Assembly: GCA_008690995.1 (NCBI GenBank)
Contig: VRMN01000001.1
Span: 2,728,001-2,792,000 of the forward strand
Direction of reading: 5' to 3'
DNA length: 64,000 bases
Origin: Porphyridium purpureum
Taxonomy: Eukaryota
Shown here: positions 62,192 through 64,000 of the stretch, piece after piece
How the letters are laid out: the number at the start of each line of letters is the position of its first letter
Numbering within the stretch: the stretch's first letter is position 1
Notes under the pieces: model-generated
Seen by the model: the letters and a program-made list of their open reading frames with translations, nothing else
The model's database searches: none
What the model was told of the DNA's origin: nothing
Position numbers and translations under genes: made by a program

Positions 62192-63536
62192 CTCCTTTTC
62201 ACCTGCCCTTCGTCTCCTTGTGTTTCGCTGGAATCTAATCCTCAAGGTCGTGGTTGGCACGAGTGCCGTTTTATTCAGAATTCCTTCGAATGTTTGTGTA
62301 CTAGCAAAGACTGACATCATGAAGCTTCAGCAGTTCAATGCGTCAAGCACGCCGCTCTGGACTGCGATGTTTGAAGCGACGCACACGTGCACGCGTCTCG
62401 ACTTGACCAGACCAAATGTCATCTGCGCTTTCTTGTCCTAGTTTCCGGGTCGCAAACACAATGTCCCAGAAAGACGAAAATAGCAGGGGAAAAAAATAAA
62501 AATGATAGGTTGGCGATCACATTAAGAGACTCGTGTTCCGGCAAAAGGAGGCACAAGTCAAAACATGAATTCTCGCACTTGAGCAGCTTGGGAGCCGTTT
62601 TCCAAGCGCACTTTGGTTTGCAAGCGAAAAAACCTGCCCTTACAATAGTATGGTCATTTTTGTCGCCAGGGTCTGATGCAAGTCAGTAGGTTCGCCATGC
62701 TCCATAAGACCAGTTGCGCAATAATACTGACAAAATCGTCGGCACTTTCCCGTTCTCCTTATCTGCCAGCACATACAATGCGTCCTCGAAGCAAGCCCTT
62801 GCACGGGCCTGTATGCTGCAGACACTCGAGCTGAGAGCTGCGAAACGAGAGCCTCTGCACGCAGTTCAACTTAGTTTTCGCGTTTCTGCGGCTCACGGAG
62901 GCCAGCAGGGCCTCCGAAAACGAATCGTACGCCCGTCTTCAAGACAACCGCGTGTAGGTAATAAGGAGCCACACAGGCTCTTGCGTATGCTCGCGGGAAC
63001 GACGCGCGTTGCGTTCTGAGCATATGTGAACAGAATCCATTGGCACATATGTCATAACTGCACCCGCCGCATCCGACAACCTGCCGGTGCGCCACTTGTG
63101 CGTCCAACTGCGCGCCATGGAGCCGAGACGTCTCCGCACCAGTTCAAACGCCGACAAGACCTATTTTCACCGAACACTTTCCATGCCACATCGCTCAGCA
63201 CATTGCTTCCCAGTACGATTCACGCTGGTTGCATGCTATTTCTTCAGAGTCTGCAAACAGCTCAACGCGGCAGAGCACCGCCGTTCATTCATCGACACAT
63301 GCTACAAAAAACGGTAGCTCTGTTTTCGCCCGTGCTTCTTCTCGCGTGTTTGTATGAGTTTCGATGGTGTGCCAGCAAGAGAATGCCCATATGAAAGAAA
63401 GGATACACACGGTGAATCGAATCCGAATTATACATGACGACGTGCTGTCCGGACAATGCTTGCATTCACTCCAAAAAGTGATTGACGAAGAGTTCAGCGG
63501 CAGAGCGACCAGTGCCGCTCCCACGGCCCAAGCGTT

Positions 63537-64000
63537 TTAAGATTTAAAGTCTCGCACCATGAGGTACCAGGTGAGCGGCTCGGCGTCATGGTCCGACGGA
63601 TCGTGCACAGTCAGAGTCTGGACGACCTGGAAGCCAAACTTCTGGTAAAAGTCACGATTTTTGACCGAGCTGCACTCGAGGTAGCTGACCATCTTGTGCG
63701 CATCTGCGAGCTCGGCGAGTTTGCGCATTAACTCCGAGCCATATCCGAGACCTTGTGCTTCCGGGGATGTTCCAATCAAGAAGAAGTACCAGTGCTTTTC
63801 CTTTGGTCCGTACTGCGCATGCATATCCGGCATGCGGTCAAACACAGCGGTTGCTTTCCGCTGCACCTCGCGCGCCCGGTTCCTGTGTTCCTTGTCGCCA
63901 GATTTCATCGCGGACGGCAGACCGTCTGACTTTGCAATGACAAAAAAATCGACAGTCTCTCTCGACTTGCGCATAAATCTGCTGAACACAGTTGGCCGCA
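63537..64000 (-). CDS. GNAT-family N-acetyltransferase (5' end outside window)
   Basis: HWY...IGTSPEAQGLGYGSELM...YLE...N..FYQKFGF. Confidence 0.9.
   Translation of the reverse strand, partial: RPTVFSRFMRKSRETVDFFVIAKSDGLPSAMKSGDKEHRNRAREVQRKATAVFDRMPDMHAQYGPKEKHWYFFLIGTSPEAQGLGYGSELMRKLAELADAHKMVSYLECSSVKNRDFYQKFGFQVVQTLTVHDPSDHDAEPLTWYLMVRDFKS

Noticed and set aside
62387..63524. Short ORFs between the last two genes
   Set aside because: No domain or consistent exon structure found

Overview
This is compact, nearly intron-free eukaryotic nuclear DNA. The gene set, the 'MAFV' plastid transit-peptide start and the gene density suggest a unicellular red alga (Porphyridium-like; inference only). 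About 28 host genes flank a ~14.6-kb nest of three LTR retrotransposons (~21.6-36.2 kb). The nest holds a complete Ty3/gypsy element (B) with non-matching target-site flanks, joined exactly to two 5'-truncated Ty1/copia-order elements (A and C) that point away from it. The most unusual object is element A: one uninterrupted ORF combining gypsy-like Gag and protease with copia-order INT-RT-RNase H, plus a Cys-rich module and a TRF/telobox-like Myb domain after the integrase. Element B has tandem heat-shock elements in its LTRs and a canonical -1 frameshift heptamer. Host-side points of note are a recurrent ACTGTAC promoter motif, overlapping head-to-head start codons (Sec23/24-like and LipB), hidden TPX2-like and endosulfine motifs in otherwise unknown proteins, a tandem-domain GT92-like glycosyltransferase and one spliced calmodulin/myosin-light-chain-like gene. 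All calls come from motif recognition by eye; no searches were run.
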